Under the pieces are notes generated by a model. It ran no database searches and was not told the origin of the DNA. It worked only from the letters and a program-made list of their open reading frames with translations. This document shows positions 17,313-26,716 of a stretch of DNA of 64,000 nucleotides, one piece after another. Numbering within the stretch: the first letter of the stretch is position 1; the number at the start of each line of letters is the position of its first letter. The stretch is from NCBI GenBank assembly GCA_964236515.1, contig CAXSDA010000014.1, positions 76,828 to 140,827 on the forward strand, in the 5' to 3' direction. Source of the DNA: an uncultured Actinoplanes sp. (lineage in GTDB: Bacteria; Actinomycetota; Actinomycetes; Mycobacteriales; Micromonosporaceae). The position numbers and the translations under genes were made by a program.

Positions 17313-19507
17313 GCCGCGTGGCCGGCTGGTGCTTCCGGCATCGCGTACTCGTCCTGGTGCTGTGGCTGGTCGCCGTCGCCGCGCTCGCCGGCGCGACCCG
17401 GGCGGCCGGCAAGGACTACACCGACGGATTCTCGCTGCCCGGCACCGACTCCGCCCGCGCTACCCAGTTGCTGTCGGCGGCCGGGCAGCGGCCCGGTTCC
17501 GGCGACGACACGATCGTGCTGCACACATCGGCCCCCGGCCGGTCGATCACCGAACCCGCCGTACGGGAACAGATCACCGCGACCCTGAACGCCGCGTCGC
17601 GTCAGCCTCTGGTCACCAGCATCCGCAGCCCGTACGCGCCCGGCGCCTCCGCGCAGATCAGCGCCGACGGCCGGACCGCGTACGCGGTGGTCGGATTCGC
17701 CCAGCCCGACCAGAATCTGACCCGCCCGGACATCGACCCGTTGGTGACGACCGTGTCCACCCTGCGCAGCGCCGACCTGCAGGTCGAATTCGGCGGTGGC
17801 GGGTTCCAGACGCTCAAGGGCAGCCCGGTCTCCGGCAGCGTCGCCATCGGCCTGGCCGCCGCCGCGGTCGTGTTGTTCCTGGCCTTCGGGTCACTGCTCG
17901 CCACCGTCATCCCGTTGCTGGCGGCGATCCTGTCCGTCGGCGCCGGGATCGAGATCGTCGGACTGCTCAGCCATGTCCTGTCGATCAACTCGATCACCCC
18001 GTCGATCTGCGCCCTGATCGGTATCGGGGTCGCGGTCGACTACGCCCTGTTCGTGGTCACCCGTTTCCGCACCGGCCTGCGCGCCGACCTCGACCCGCAG
18101 CAGGCCACCGTCACCGCGTTGGCCACGTCGGGCCGGGCCGTCGTCTTCGCCGGCGCCACCGTCGCCGTGGCCATGCTCGGCCTCGTCCTGCTCGGGGTCG
18201 ACTTCCTGACCGGAGTCGGGGTGGCCGCCGCGATCACCGTCACGGTCGCCGTCGTCGTCGCCAACACGTTGCTGCCCGCGCTCTTCGGTCTGCTCGGCCG
18301 CCGGGTGCTCAGCCGCCGGGAACGTCGCCGGTCCGGCCCGGCCGACGAGTCGTCGACATCGCGCGGCTGGGCGCGGTGGGCGGGTCTCGTGGCCCGGCAT
18401 CCGGTGCCGCTGGCCGCCGCCGCCGCGATGGTCATGGTGGTGCTGCTGCTGCCGGCCCTGTCGATCCGGCTCGGCGCTTCCGACCAGGGCAACGACCCGG
18501 CGTCCTCGACCACCCGCCAGGCCTACGATCTGCTCGCCGGCGGCTTCGGTGCCGGCTACAACGGGCCGCTCGTCATCGTCGGCGCAACCACCGATCCGGC
18601 CGCCCGGCAGGCCTTCACGGACCTCACCACGCGCCTGAACGACGACCCGGGCGTCGCCTCCGCGACCGTGGTGCCACCGCCGTCCGCCACGGTGGCGGTC
18701 CTGACCGTCGTGTCCCGTACGGCACCACAGTCGGTCGCCACCACCCAGCTGATCGACCGCATCCGGGATCAGGCCATCCCCACGGCCGAACGCGGCACCA
18801 CCCTGCGGGCGTACGTCGGTGGTCAGACTGCCGTCTTCCAGGACTTCGCCGACGTCCTGGCCGGCAAACTGCCGCTGTTCCTGACCGTGGTCATCCTGCT
18901 CGGCTTCCTCCTGCTGGTCGTCGCGTTCCGCAGCCTCGTCATACCACTGACCGCGGCCCTGATGAACGTGCTGGCCGCCGGAGCCGCCTTCGGAGTCGTG
19001 GTCGCCGTCTTCCAGTGGGGATGGGGTTCCAACGCCATCGGGCTCGGCGCGCCCGGGCCGATCGAGTCCTTCCTGCCGGTCATGCTCATCGCGATCCTGT
19101 TCGGCCTGTCGATGGACTACCAGGTGTTTCTGGTGAGCCGGATCCGGGAGGAGTGGCAGCGCAGCCGCGACACCACGGCCGCCGTTCGCGCCGGGCAGGC
19201 CGCCACCGGCCGGGTCATCACCGCCGCCGCGGCCATCATGGTCCTCGTGTTCTGCGCGTTCGTCCTGGAAGGACGCCGCCCGATCGGGGAATTCGGGCTC
19301 GGCCTGGCGTGCGCCATCCTGATCGACGCCCTCGTCCTGCGCACCGTCCTGGTGCCGGCGGTCATGCAACTGCTCGGCCGCTGGAACTGGTGGCTACCCG
19401 GCTGGCTCGACCGGATTTTGCCGGGCCGGGAGGTTCCGATCGACTCGAGCGAAACCCGGCCGGAACGCTTCGGCGAGTACGAGCCGGCGGCCGGTCATGC
19501 CGGCTGA
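17309..19507 (+). CDS. MMPL (RND-type) family transporter
   Basis: MSRVAGWCFRHR..; GVAVDYALF, SGRAVVFAG, FGLSMDYQVFL..RIREE, TGRVITAAA, LVPAVM..LGRWNWWLP. ATGA overlap with the MFS tail. Confidence 0.95.
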   Translation: MSRVAGWCFRHRVLVLVLWLVAVAALAGATRAAGKDYTDGFSLPGTDSARATQLLSAAGQRPGSGDDTIVLHTSAPGRSITEPAVREQITATLNAASRQPLVTSIRSPYAPGASAQISADGRTAYAVVGFAQPDQNLTRPDIDPLVTTVSTLRSADLQVEFGGGGFQTLKGSPVSGSVAIGLAAAAVVLFLAFGSLLATVIPLLAAILSVGAGIEIVGLLSHVLSINSITPSICALIGIGVAVDYALFVVTRFRTGLRADLDPQQATVTALATSGRAVVFAGATVAVAMLGLVLLGVDFLTGVGVAAAITVTVAVVVANTLLPALFGLLGRRVLSRRERRRSGPADESSTSRGWARWAGLVARHPVPLAAAAAMVMVVLLLPALSIRLGASDQGNDPASSTTRQAYDLLAGGFGAGYNGPLVIVGATTDPAARQAFTDLTTRLNDDPGVASATVVPPPSATVAVLTVVSRTAPQSVATTQLIDRIRDQAIPTAERGTTLRAYVGGQTAVFQDFADVLAGKLPLFLTVVILLGFLLLVVAFRSLVIPLTAALMNVLAAGAAFGVVVAVFQWGWGSNAIGLGAPGPIESFLPVMLIAILFGLSMDYQVFLVSRIREEWQRSRDTTAAVRAGQAATGRVITAAAAIMVLVFCAFVLEGRRPIGEFGLGLACAILIDALVLRTVLVPAVMQLLGRWNWWLPGWLDRILPGREVPIDSSETRPERFGEYEPAAGHAG

Positions 19508-20078
19508 CACCCGCGTGCTGCGGCGAACCCTCGGCTGGCTCTACGCCGGGCGGGCCGCGATCGCGGTGGCGTGGGCGATCACGCTGACCGCCGCCCCGGT
19601 CTCGGCCGCCGGGGCGGCGGTGACCGCCCTGCTGTCCGGCTACCCCGCCATCGACGCCGCCGCGACCCTGATCGACCTGCGCGCCCAGCCCCACGGCGCC
19701 GCCGCCGGCGCGCGCATCGCCAACATCGTCGCCAGCGCCATCACCAGCGCCGCCGTCCTGGTCGTGGCCGCGACCCGGCCCGGCGGTATCTGGGCGGTCT
19801 ACGGAGGCTGGGCGGTCGTCACCGGCGGCATCCAGCTGTTCGTCGGAGTACGCCGCCGGCAGATCCTGCCCGGACAGTGGCTCATGGTCATCAGCGGCGC
19901 CGGATCGGTGGTGGCCGGGCTCGGATTCCTGTCCTGGACCGGTCCACCCACCCGAGCCCTCGGCCTGCTGACGCAGTACGCGTTCGGCGGCGCGCTCTGG
20001 TACGCGGTCACCGGCCTCCTGCTCGGGGTCGCCACCTTCAACGGGATCCGCCGGCTCCCGGCGAGTGATCACGGATGA
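19497..20078 (+). CDS. Integral membrane protein, HdeD/DUF308-like
   Basis: LYAGRAAIAVAW..YPAIDAAAT..GGWAVVTGGIQL..GQWLMVISGAGS; about 6 TM segments; overlaps the MMPL stop. Confidence 0.8.
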   Translation: MPADTRVLRRTLGWLYAGRAAIAVAWAITLTAAPVSAAGAAVTALLSGYPAIDAAATLIDLRAQPHGAAAGARIANIVASAITSAAVLVVAATRPGGIWAVYGGWAVVTGGIQLFVGVRRRQILPGQWLMVISGAGSVVAGLGFLSWTGPPTRALGLLTQYAFGGALWYAVTGLLLGVATFNGIRRLPASDHG

Positions 20079-20560
20079 CGGCTGGACAGGCCGGCTCCGA
20101 GGGATCCGAGCAGCACAGTCACGGCGGACACGAGCAGGAGCAGAACCATGGCCGTGCCGAGGTTGTCGTTGACCGCGTAGGTCGCCATGTCCGGGTAGCC
20201 GCTGGTGGCGAAGTCTCGAAGCTGGCCGGCGTCGTAGGGACGCCCGCCGGTGACCATGATTTCGGTGGCCGGGACGAGGAACACGGTGAGGGCGGCCACG
20301 ACGGCCGAAACCAGCGCCGCGCACCGGCCCGCTGTCCGGATGTGCCCACGTCGCGCGCCGACCACGCCGACGGTGATCGATGCCAGCGAGAGGATCAACA
20401 GCGGCACCGTCGACGCCTCGCTCCGCGTCAGCAGTGCGACCCCACCGACGGCCATCCACACCGCGGCCAGGGCACAGACGTGGCGGCCGCCGAGTGGCGC
20501 CCCGATCTGGTCCCAGTACGGCCGGGTGTGGTCGGAGGACGTCTGCGACACCTTCAGTCG
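20069..20560 (-). pseudogene. Membrane protein fragment, probably 5'-degraded
   Basis: Hydrophobic segments and GYPDMATYAVNDNLG near the C-terminus; no convincing start, upstream sequence reads as junk. Confidence 0.35.
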
Positions 20561-20815
20561 TTCGGTCCGGCGGGGTCGTCGCGAACACGATGGCGGCGAA
20601 GCGGTAGGTGCGGGCCAGCAGATGGTCTCCCTCGACACCGGCGATGGGCGAAGGGCGATGCAGAGCGACCAACCCCCACCGGCAAACCGACTGACGCGGT
20701 CGGCATTGCCGCCGGTTTCTGCCGGTAACGGCGGGCGCGCCAGGATTCTCCGGCGGGCGCTCGGGGAGGCGCCATCCCGCCACGCGCCGCAGCGCACGTT
20801 GGGCCGGCCAAGACA

Positions 20816-20872
20816 TTGACACAATCTACGGTCGACGTAACAATTATGAAACCTTGAGAGAGCGCTCTCTCA
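20816..20872 (+). promoter_or_regulatory. Promoter with LacI-type palindromic operator
   Basis: TTGACA 20816-20821, TAACAAT at 20838, and perfect 18-bp palindrome TGAGAGAGCGCTCTCTCA 20855-20872 with the AGCGCT core typical of LacI-family sites. Confidence 0.75.
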
Positions 20873-20978
20873 TAAAGATCCCGTCGCCCGACCTTCGCCG
20901 CCCCCTCGGCTGAAGGCAGCCCGCCGCCTGGTTCCCCTCCGCACGACGCCGGGCAGGCACAAGAACATAGGGAGCCGC

Positions 20979-23195
20979 ATGAGAGTCACCCCCCTCCGGC
21001 GCCGCCGCACGTTGTTCGCGGCGCTGGTACTCACGGTCACAGCCGCACTCAGCATCTTCGGTGGCAACCAGTTCGCTTCGGCCGCCGTCACCGGCAACAC
21101 CATCGCAGCTCCCGGCGGCAAGTGCGTCGACGTGAGCGGCGATGACACCGGCGTCAACGGCACCGCCATCCAGCTCTGGGACTGCCAGGCCACCAGCGCG
21201 GACCAGCACTGGACCTGGAGCGGCACCGCCCTCACCACGATCGGGCGTTGCCTGGACGTGACGAGCGGCGGCACCGCAAACGGCAGCCTGCTCCAGCTGT
21301 ACGACTGCAACGGTACCGGCGCGCAGCAGTGGACCCAGCAAGCAAACGGCAGCCTGAAGAACCCCCAGTCCGGCCGCTGCGTGGACTCGCCCGGCGGGGC
21401 CACCGCCAACGGAACCCGGCTACAGATCTATGACTGCAACGGCACCGGCGCCCAGGCCTTCATGGTCGGGACGACAACGACGCCGCCGCCCACCGGCACC
21501 TGCCCGACGTACTCCGACAACCCCGACTTCGGGGCGAACGTCCACATCTACGACCACTCGATGTCGGACGCCGCCATCCAGTCCTCGCTGGACAGCGTCT
21601 TCAACGCCCAGAAGGACACGCTGTCGGCGCAATTCGGCACCCGCCGCGACGCGTTGGTCTTCAAGCCGAGCACCACGCCGTACAACGTCGGCGCCAACAT
21701 CGGCTTCAACACCTCGATCCTGGGCGTCGGCCAGAACCCCGATGACGTCCGCATCAACGGTGCGGTGACGGTCGACGCATTCAACGCCAGCGACGGTGGG
21801 AACGCCACCCAGAACTTCTGGCGCTCAGCGGAGAACATGTCCATCAACAGTCTTGGCGGGGCCGACCGCTGGGCCGTCGCCCAGGCGGCGCCGTTCCGGC
21901 GGATGCACGTCATCGGTGGACTCAACGCCTACCCGGCCAGTTACGGCTGGGCGAGCGGCGGCTACATCGCCGACTCCAAGATCGACGGTACGGTCGAATC
22001 CGCTTCGCAGCAGCAGTGGTACTCGCGGGACAGCTCGTTCGGCGCGTGGAGCGGCTCCAACTGGAACATGGTCTTCTCGGGCGTGAACGGTGCACCGGCC
22101 ACGAACTTCAACACCGACCCCGCTTCCGGTCCGCGCTACACGACGCTGGCCACCACGCCGGTGTCGCGCGACGTTCCCTACCTCTACATCGACTCGGCCG
22201 GCAAGTACCGGGTCTTCCTGCCGTCACTGCGGACCAACGCCTCCGGGCCGAGCTGGGCCGGCGGCAGCACGCCCGGCTCGTCTCTGCCGATGAGTAACTT
22301 CTACGTCGTCAAGCAGGGCGACTCGGCGGCGAACATCAACACCGCGCTCGCCAACGGCTGCAACCTCTTCTTCACCCCGGGCATCTACCACGTCAACCAG
22401 ACCCTGCACGTGACCAAGGCCAACACGGTCGTGCTGGGCATCGGCTACCCGACGATCATCCCGGACAACGGCGTCAACGCGATGGACGTCGCGGACGTCG
22501 ACGGCGTACGCCTGAAGGGTCTGCTCTTCGACGCCGGAACCACCAACAGCGACACGCTGCTCAAGGTCGGCCTGTCCAAGTCGGGCGTAGCCCACGCGGC
22601 CAACCCGACGACGGTCCAGGACGTATTCTTCCGGATCGGCGGCATGGTGGCCGGCAAGGCCACCAACAGCCTGGTCGTCAACACCAACAACACGATCATC
22701 GACCACACGTGGGCCTGGCGGGCCGACCACGGTGCCGGGATCGGCTGGACGGTGAACACCGCGGACAACGGCCTGACCGTCAACGGTGACAACGTGCTCG
22801 CGACCGGTCTGTTCGTCGAGCATTACCAGAAGAACGAAGTTGTCTGGAACGGTGCCAACGGCAAAATCATCTTCTTCCAGAACGAGATGCCGTACGACCC
22901 GCCGAACCAGGCCGCCTGGATGAACGGCACGGCGAACGGCTACCCGGCGATCAAGGTGGCCAACACCGTCACCACGTTCGAGGCGTGGGGGCTCGGCAGC
23001 TACTGCTTCTTCAACGTCAACAACTCGGTGGCCTCGGCCCGCGCGTTCGAAGTACCCGCAGTAGCCGGGGTGAAGTTCCACGACATGGCGGTCGTCTCCC
23101 TGGGCGGCGTCGGCACCATCTCCAGAATCATCAACAACACCGGCGGCCCGGCCAACTCGACCACCAACAACGTCTACCTGGTCAACTTCCCGTAA
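20979..23195 (+). CDS. Secreted ricin-B (CBM13) + GH55-like exo-beta-1,3-glucanase
   Basis: Ricin QxW repeats; NATQNFWRSAEN, WAVAQAAPFRRMH, WASGGYIADS, SQQQWY, WRADHG, LFVEH, FQNEMPYD, as in bacterial GH55 enzymes. Confidence 0.88.
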   Translation: MRVTPLRRRRTLFAALVLTVTAALSIFGGNQFASAAVTGNTIAAPGGKCVDVSGDDTGVNGTAIQLWDCQATSADQHWTWSGTALTTIGRCLDVTSGGTANGSLLQLYDCNGTGAQQWTQQANGSLKNPQSGRCVDSPGGATANGTRLQIYDCNGTGAQAFMVGTTTTPPPTGTCPTYSDNPDFGANVHIYDHSMSDAAIQSSLDSVFNAQKDTLSAQFGTRRDALVFKPSTTPYNVGANIGFNTSILGVGQNPDDVRINGAVTVDAFNASDGGNATQNFWRSAENMSINSLGGADRWAVAQAAPFRRMHVIGGLNAYPASYGWASGGYIADSKIDGTVESASQQQWYSRDSSFGAWSGSNWNMVFSGVNGAPATNFNTDPASGPRYTTLATTPVSRDVPYLYIDSAGKYRVFLPSLRTNASGPSWAGGSTPGSSLPMSNFYVVKQGDSAANINTALANGCNLFFTPGIYHVNQTLHVTKANTVVLGIGYPTIIPDNGVNAMDVADVDGVRLKGLLFDAGTTNSDTLLKVGLSKSGVAHAANPTTVQDVFFRIGGMVAGKATNSLVVNTNNTIIDHTWAWRADHGAGIGWTVNTADNGLTVNGDNVLATGLFVEHYQKNEVVWNGANGKIIFFQNEMPYDPPNQAAWMNGTANGYPAIKVANTVTTFEAWGLGSYCFFNVNNSVASARAFEVPAVAGVKFHDMAVVSLGGVGTISRIINNTGGPANSTTNNVYLVNFP

Positions 23196-23211
23196 GACCG
23201 CGCCACACAAA

Positions 23212-23247
23212 GACGAGGGGACGCCGAACTCATGGCGTCCCCTCGTC
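23212..23247 (+). terminator. Intrinsic terminator hairpin
   Basis: GACGAGGGGACGCC-gaactcat-GGCGTCCCCTCGTC, 14-bp stem after the GH55 stop. Confidence 0.8.
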
Positions 23248-23656
23248 AGCAGTGTTCCCCGACTGGTTCCGCATGCCGCCGAGCAACGGAGCGACTGCGA
23301 AGCTTTGCGAGCGCTGAATGACCATGCTCAAGAATTGGGCTATCGCCGGGACTCTCCTGAGTTGAAGAGTTTTCACGTCTCTTCATCGCCGTTCAGCGGC
23401 TCAATCCATAGTCGACTCCGTCAAATCGAAGGCAACCCGAGATCAACAAAGGGCGTGCTCCCAGTCCGCTCCCCCGGTAACGACTCGTAAGCCGGCCGCG
23501 CTTTGCACCGACGGGCGTTTTGAGTCGTTGAGCTGCGGTCATACGCGCTCATTCAGTGCGTCGACGAGTCTTGTGTGAGCGGACGGACCGCGGGCCTCTG
23601 ACCTGCGACTCTGCCGACGACCTGCACAGACGCGATGCAGTTCAACGCAGCTCTGG

Positions 23657-24214
23657 TCAAGGGCGATACTCTTCAGCGATCCGAGTGACCGTGCCGGCTT
23701 TGATGGTCACGTACACCAGAAAGTCGTTTCTGTCAGCCGCAGCCATGGAGGAGAACTTGGTGGTGGTCACCGGGCAGCTGCCGCCTTGGTCGATCGAGCC
23801 GATGCAGTCACCGGTGGTCGAGTCGGCGGTGAACAGCTTGACGTCAGGGCTCACCGGAACAGCGGCCTTCTGGTGGCTCTGCACCAGCACCCAGTCGCGC
23901 TCGCAGCGTCCGTCGGTGGACCTTATCCGGTACTTCCGGCAGTAACTGGGGCCCTCCATGAAAATTACCGCCTCGATTACCGCCGAGTGAGCGGCAGCAT
24001 CGAACGAATAGAGCAGCGCAGCTGTAGAGCTGTCGCCCTGGGTGACATCCGGGTAGCTCGGGCTCGCGGCCGGCGGTTTCACCGAGGTCTTCGGGGCGTG
24101 GCTCTGGGTCGGTGTGGGAGCGGCCTGCCGGGCGGGTTCATCCTTGGCGCAGCCGGCCAGGAGCACCAGAAATGGCAGCGTCGCCAAGCCGGCGACGCGA
24201 AGACTCGCATTCAT
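23657..24214 (-). CDS. Lipoprotein of unknown function
   Basis: LPFLVLLAG-C lipobox, Pro-rich linker, four further Cys; alternative start at 24223. Confidence 0.8.
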   Translation of the reverse strand: MNASLRVAGLATLPFLVLLAGCAKDEPARQAAPTPTQSHAPKTSVKPPAASPSYPDVTQGDSSTAALLYSFDAAAHSAVIEAVIFMEGPSYCRKYRIRSTDGRCERDWVLVQSHQKAAVPVSPDVKLFTADSTTGDCIGSIDQGGSCPVTTTKFSSMAAADRNDFLVYVTIKAGTVTRIAEEYRP

Positions 24215-24258
24215 GATCTTCATCCTTCCGGGCGGGACGTGACACCTGCGTGAAGCGA

Positions 24259-25923
24259 TCAAAGCTGCTTGATGTCCACCACGGAGAAGCCCACTCGGCT
24301 GTCCGTGCCCTCTCCGGTCCCGGTCGCACCGAGGACGACCTTGCCGGTTCGCAAGCTCGGATCGTTGACGGTCGCCGCCATCACCTGCTTGCCGTCGACG
24401 GAGACAGTGGCGATGTCGTGGTGGATGGTGATCCCCAGCGCATGCCTACTGCCGGCGGTGAACGTGCTCAACGTCGCCTTCGCCAGCGGGTGCAGGTCGT
24501 CTACATCGTCGAGGGCAACCGCCATGTCGGTGGCGCATGCCGCGACCCGATAGCCGCTGTCCTTGACGTATCGGAACCACACGGTCGCACACGTGTCCTT
24601 GCTGCGAAGCCGCACGTCGACCGTGATGGACTGGTCGCCTGAGAAGGTGTCCGCGGGTCCCGGGCACTGGTAGGCCGTGATCTCTACCGGCGACACCACC
24701 AGCTCACCGTTCGTGAATGTGCAGCTGCCGGCCTCGGTCGACGCTGTCGACCACAGGCCGGGCCTGTCCAGCCGGTCGAAGACTCTCGGCCCTTGAACAT
24801 CGCGGGAGGATGACGAGGCCGACGGCGAGGTGAGGAGAGCGGTCGACCCTGCTCCGGAGCCGAGATCGTGACGGGCCACCAGCACCGCGGCCCCGGCGGT
24901 GGCAAGGACGACCAGCCCGGCGGCGGCCAGTTTCAGCGTACGGCGGGGAGCTTTGCGCACGACGGTCGTGACCGGCGCGACCGACTGCCCGCCGCTCATA
25001 TAGCGGCCGGAGTGCTGCGCCGCTTCAGCCGCGTGCCGCAATTCCGGATATGCGGCCAGGTCGACGGCTGCCTGGTAGGGGCCGGTTGTCAGCAACTGAT
25101 CGAGCAGATCGTGCGCGGTCGGCCGGTCCCCCGGCTCCTTGGCCAGAGTGAGGGCAACCAGATCCTTCAACTGGCCGGTGAGCCCGGTCAACACCGGCGG
25201 CTGGGTCAGGATCCGGGCGGCCGTGGCGGCGGCCGAGTCGCCCGCGAACGGCGTCCGCCCGGTGGCCGCGTACGCCACGACCGCCCCCCAGGCGAACACG
25301 TCGGCGGCTGGGGTGATCGCCCGGCTGTTGCCGTCGAACCGCTCCGGCGCCATGTACGCGACCGTGCCCACCATCTGGTCGGTCTTCGTGTGCTGGCTCG
25401 TCACCTCCAGCGCCCGGGCGATACCGAAGTCGATCACCTTGGGGGTGCCGAGCGAGAACAACACGTTGGCCGGCTTGAGGTCGCGGTGAATGACTCCGGC
25501 GCCGTGGATCGCCGCCAGCGCCGTCGCCACCCCGATCGCGACGCTGTGCAGGTTGCCGGCCGCGAGCGGGCCCTGATCACCGACCACCTGGGCCAGATTG
25601 GGCCCGTCGACGTACTCGACCACCAGGTACGGTGTGCGATGCTCGGGATCGGCGTCGAGCACCTCGGCGGTGCAGAACGGCGGAACCTGCCGGGCCCGGT
25701 TCACCTCGCTGCGGAACCGGGCCCGGAACTCGTCTTCAGCTGCGTACTCGGCCCGAATGACTTTGACCGCGACGAGCCGGCCCGAGGTGGCCCGGCCGAG
25801 GTACACGGTGCCCATCCCCCCTTGACCGAGACGCTCAAGCAACTCGTAACCGCCCAGGTGCCGAGGGTCACCAGGACGCAGCTCTTTGCTCACCGGCCGC
25901 AGGCTACTCGGCCGAGAAGCCAT
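24259..25923 (-). CDS. Membrane Ser/Thr protein kinase with C-terminal extracellular beta-rich domain
   Basis: GQGGMGTVY, VAVKVI, HRDLKPANV, DFG, GTVAYMAPE, DVFAWG; TM helix LKLAAAGLVVLATAGAAVLVA. Confidence 0.95.
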   Translation of the reverse strand: MASRPSSLRPVSKELRPGDPRHLGGYELLERLGQGGMGTVYLGRATSGRLVAVKVIRAEYAAEDEFRARFRSEVNRARQVPPFCTAEVLDADPEHRTPYLVVEYVDGPNLAQVVGDQGPLAAGNLHSVAIGVATALAAIHGAGVIHRDLKPANVLFSLGTPKVIDFGIARALEVTSQHTKTDQMVGTVAYMAPERFDGNSRAITPAADVFAWGAVVAYAATGRTPFAGDSAAATAARILTQPPVLTGLTGQLKDLVALTLAKEPGDRPTAHDLLDQLLTTGPYQAAVDLAAYPELRHAAEAAQHSGRYMSGGQSVAPVTTVVRKAPRRTLKLAAAGLVVLATAGAAVLVARHDLGSGAGSTALLTSPSASSSSRDVQGPRVFDRLDRPGLWSTASTEAGSCTFTNGELVVSPVEITAYQCPGPADTFSGDQSITVDVRLRSKDTCATVWFRYVKDSGYRVAACATDMAVALDDVDDLHPLAKATLSTFTAGSRHALGITIHHDIATVSVDGKQVMAATVNDPSLRTGKVVLGATGTGEGTDSRVGFSVVDIKQL

Positions 25924-25957
25924 CGGGTGCCACACCCGGCGCCATCCACTGATGTGA

Positions 25958-26716
25958 TCAAATAACTCTTCGCGTTCTCCGTTCGTCGAGATGGCTCTCC
26001 ATGTCTGCAGCATCGCGCGTGCCATCCGAGACAGCCGGCGCCGCCGCTGGCCTGTCCGGGCCTGGCACCACCGCAGCCACCCGGACGAAGCCGCCGTGCA
26101 CCTGCCAGCGTCCGGTCACTTCGGTCAGCGGTGGGTGGCCGTCCCGCCGCGGGCCAGGCCGCAGCAGCCGCGCCGTGAATGAGCCCGATGCGGTGAACCG
26201 AAGCTCCGCCTCTTCAAATCCGAGTTGCCGTTGCCCGGTGAGCGGATACCAAGTTTTGAACACGGTCTCCTTGGCGCAGAACAGCAACCGGTCCCAGTGC
26301 AGGCCGGGCACCACCCGGTGCAGCCGGGCCAGATGGTCGCGCTCGGCCGGAAGTGATACCGCATCCAGGACACCGACGGGCAACGCAGCGTGCGGTTCGG
26401 CGTCGATGCCGATTGCGGCCACCGTGCCGTACAGGGCCACGGCCGCCGCCCGGTAGCCCGCGCAGTGCGTGATGCTGCCGACCACCCCGTCCGGCCAGAG
26501 CGGTTCCCGGTCGGGCCCGCTGGGGATCGCCACCGCCGGCACTCCGAGCGCCACCAGGGCCGCACGGGCGCAGCGACGGGCGGTCACAAACTCGCGGCGC
26601 CGCGACGTCACCGCCCGCGCGACGGCCGCCTCCTCGCCCGGGAACACCGGCTCGTCCGGGTCGTCGGAGTACGCCTCCGCGGTCGCCACCCCGTCCGGTG
26701 TCAGCTGCCCGATCAT
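25958..26716 (-). CDS. 4'-phosphopantetheinyl transferase, PptT/EntD-like
   Basis: RRREFVTARRCARAAL, WPDGVVGSITHC, IGIDAEP, LLFCAKETVFKTWYP; ATGA-coupled to the upstream gene. Confidence 0.94.
   Translation of the reverse strand: MIGQLTPDGVATAEAYSDDPDEPVFPGEEAAVARAVTSRRREFVTARRCARAALVALGVPAVAIPSGPDREPLWPDGVVGSITHCAGYRAAAVALYGTVAAIGIDAEPHAALPVGVLDAVSLPAERDHLARLHRVVPGLHWDRLLFCAKETVFKTWYPLTGQRQLGFEEAELRFTASGSFTARLLRPGPRRDGHPPLTEVTGRWQVHGGFVRVAAVVPGPDRPAAAPAVSDGTRDAADMESHLDERRTRRVI

Noticed and set aside
23250-23650. Lower-GC gap with short ORFs and an AACGACTC/GAGTCGTT inverted pair
   Set aside because: ORFs lack codon bias; an 8-bp pair with a 35-nt spacer is too weak to call an element or RNA.
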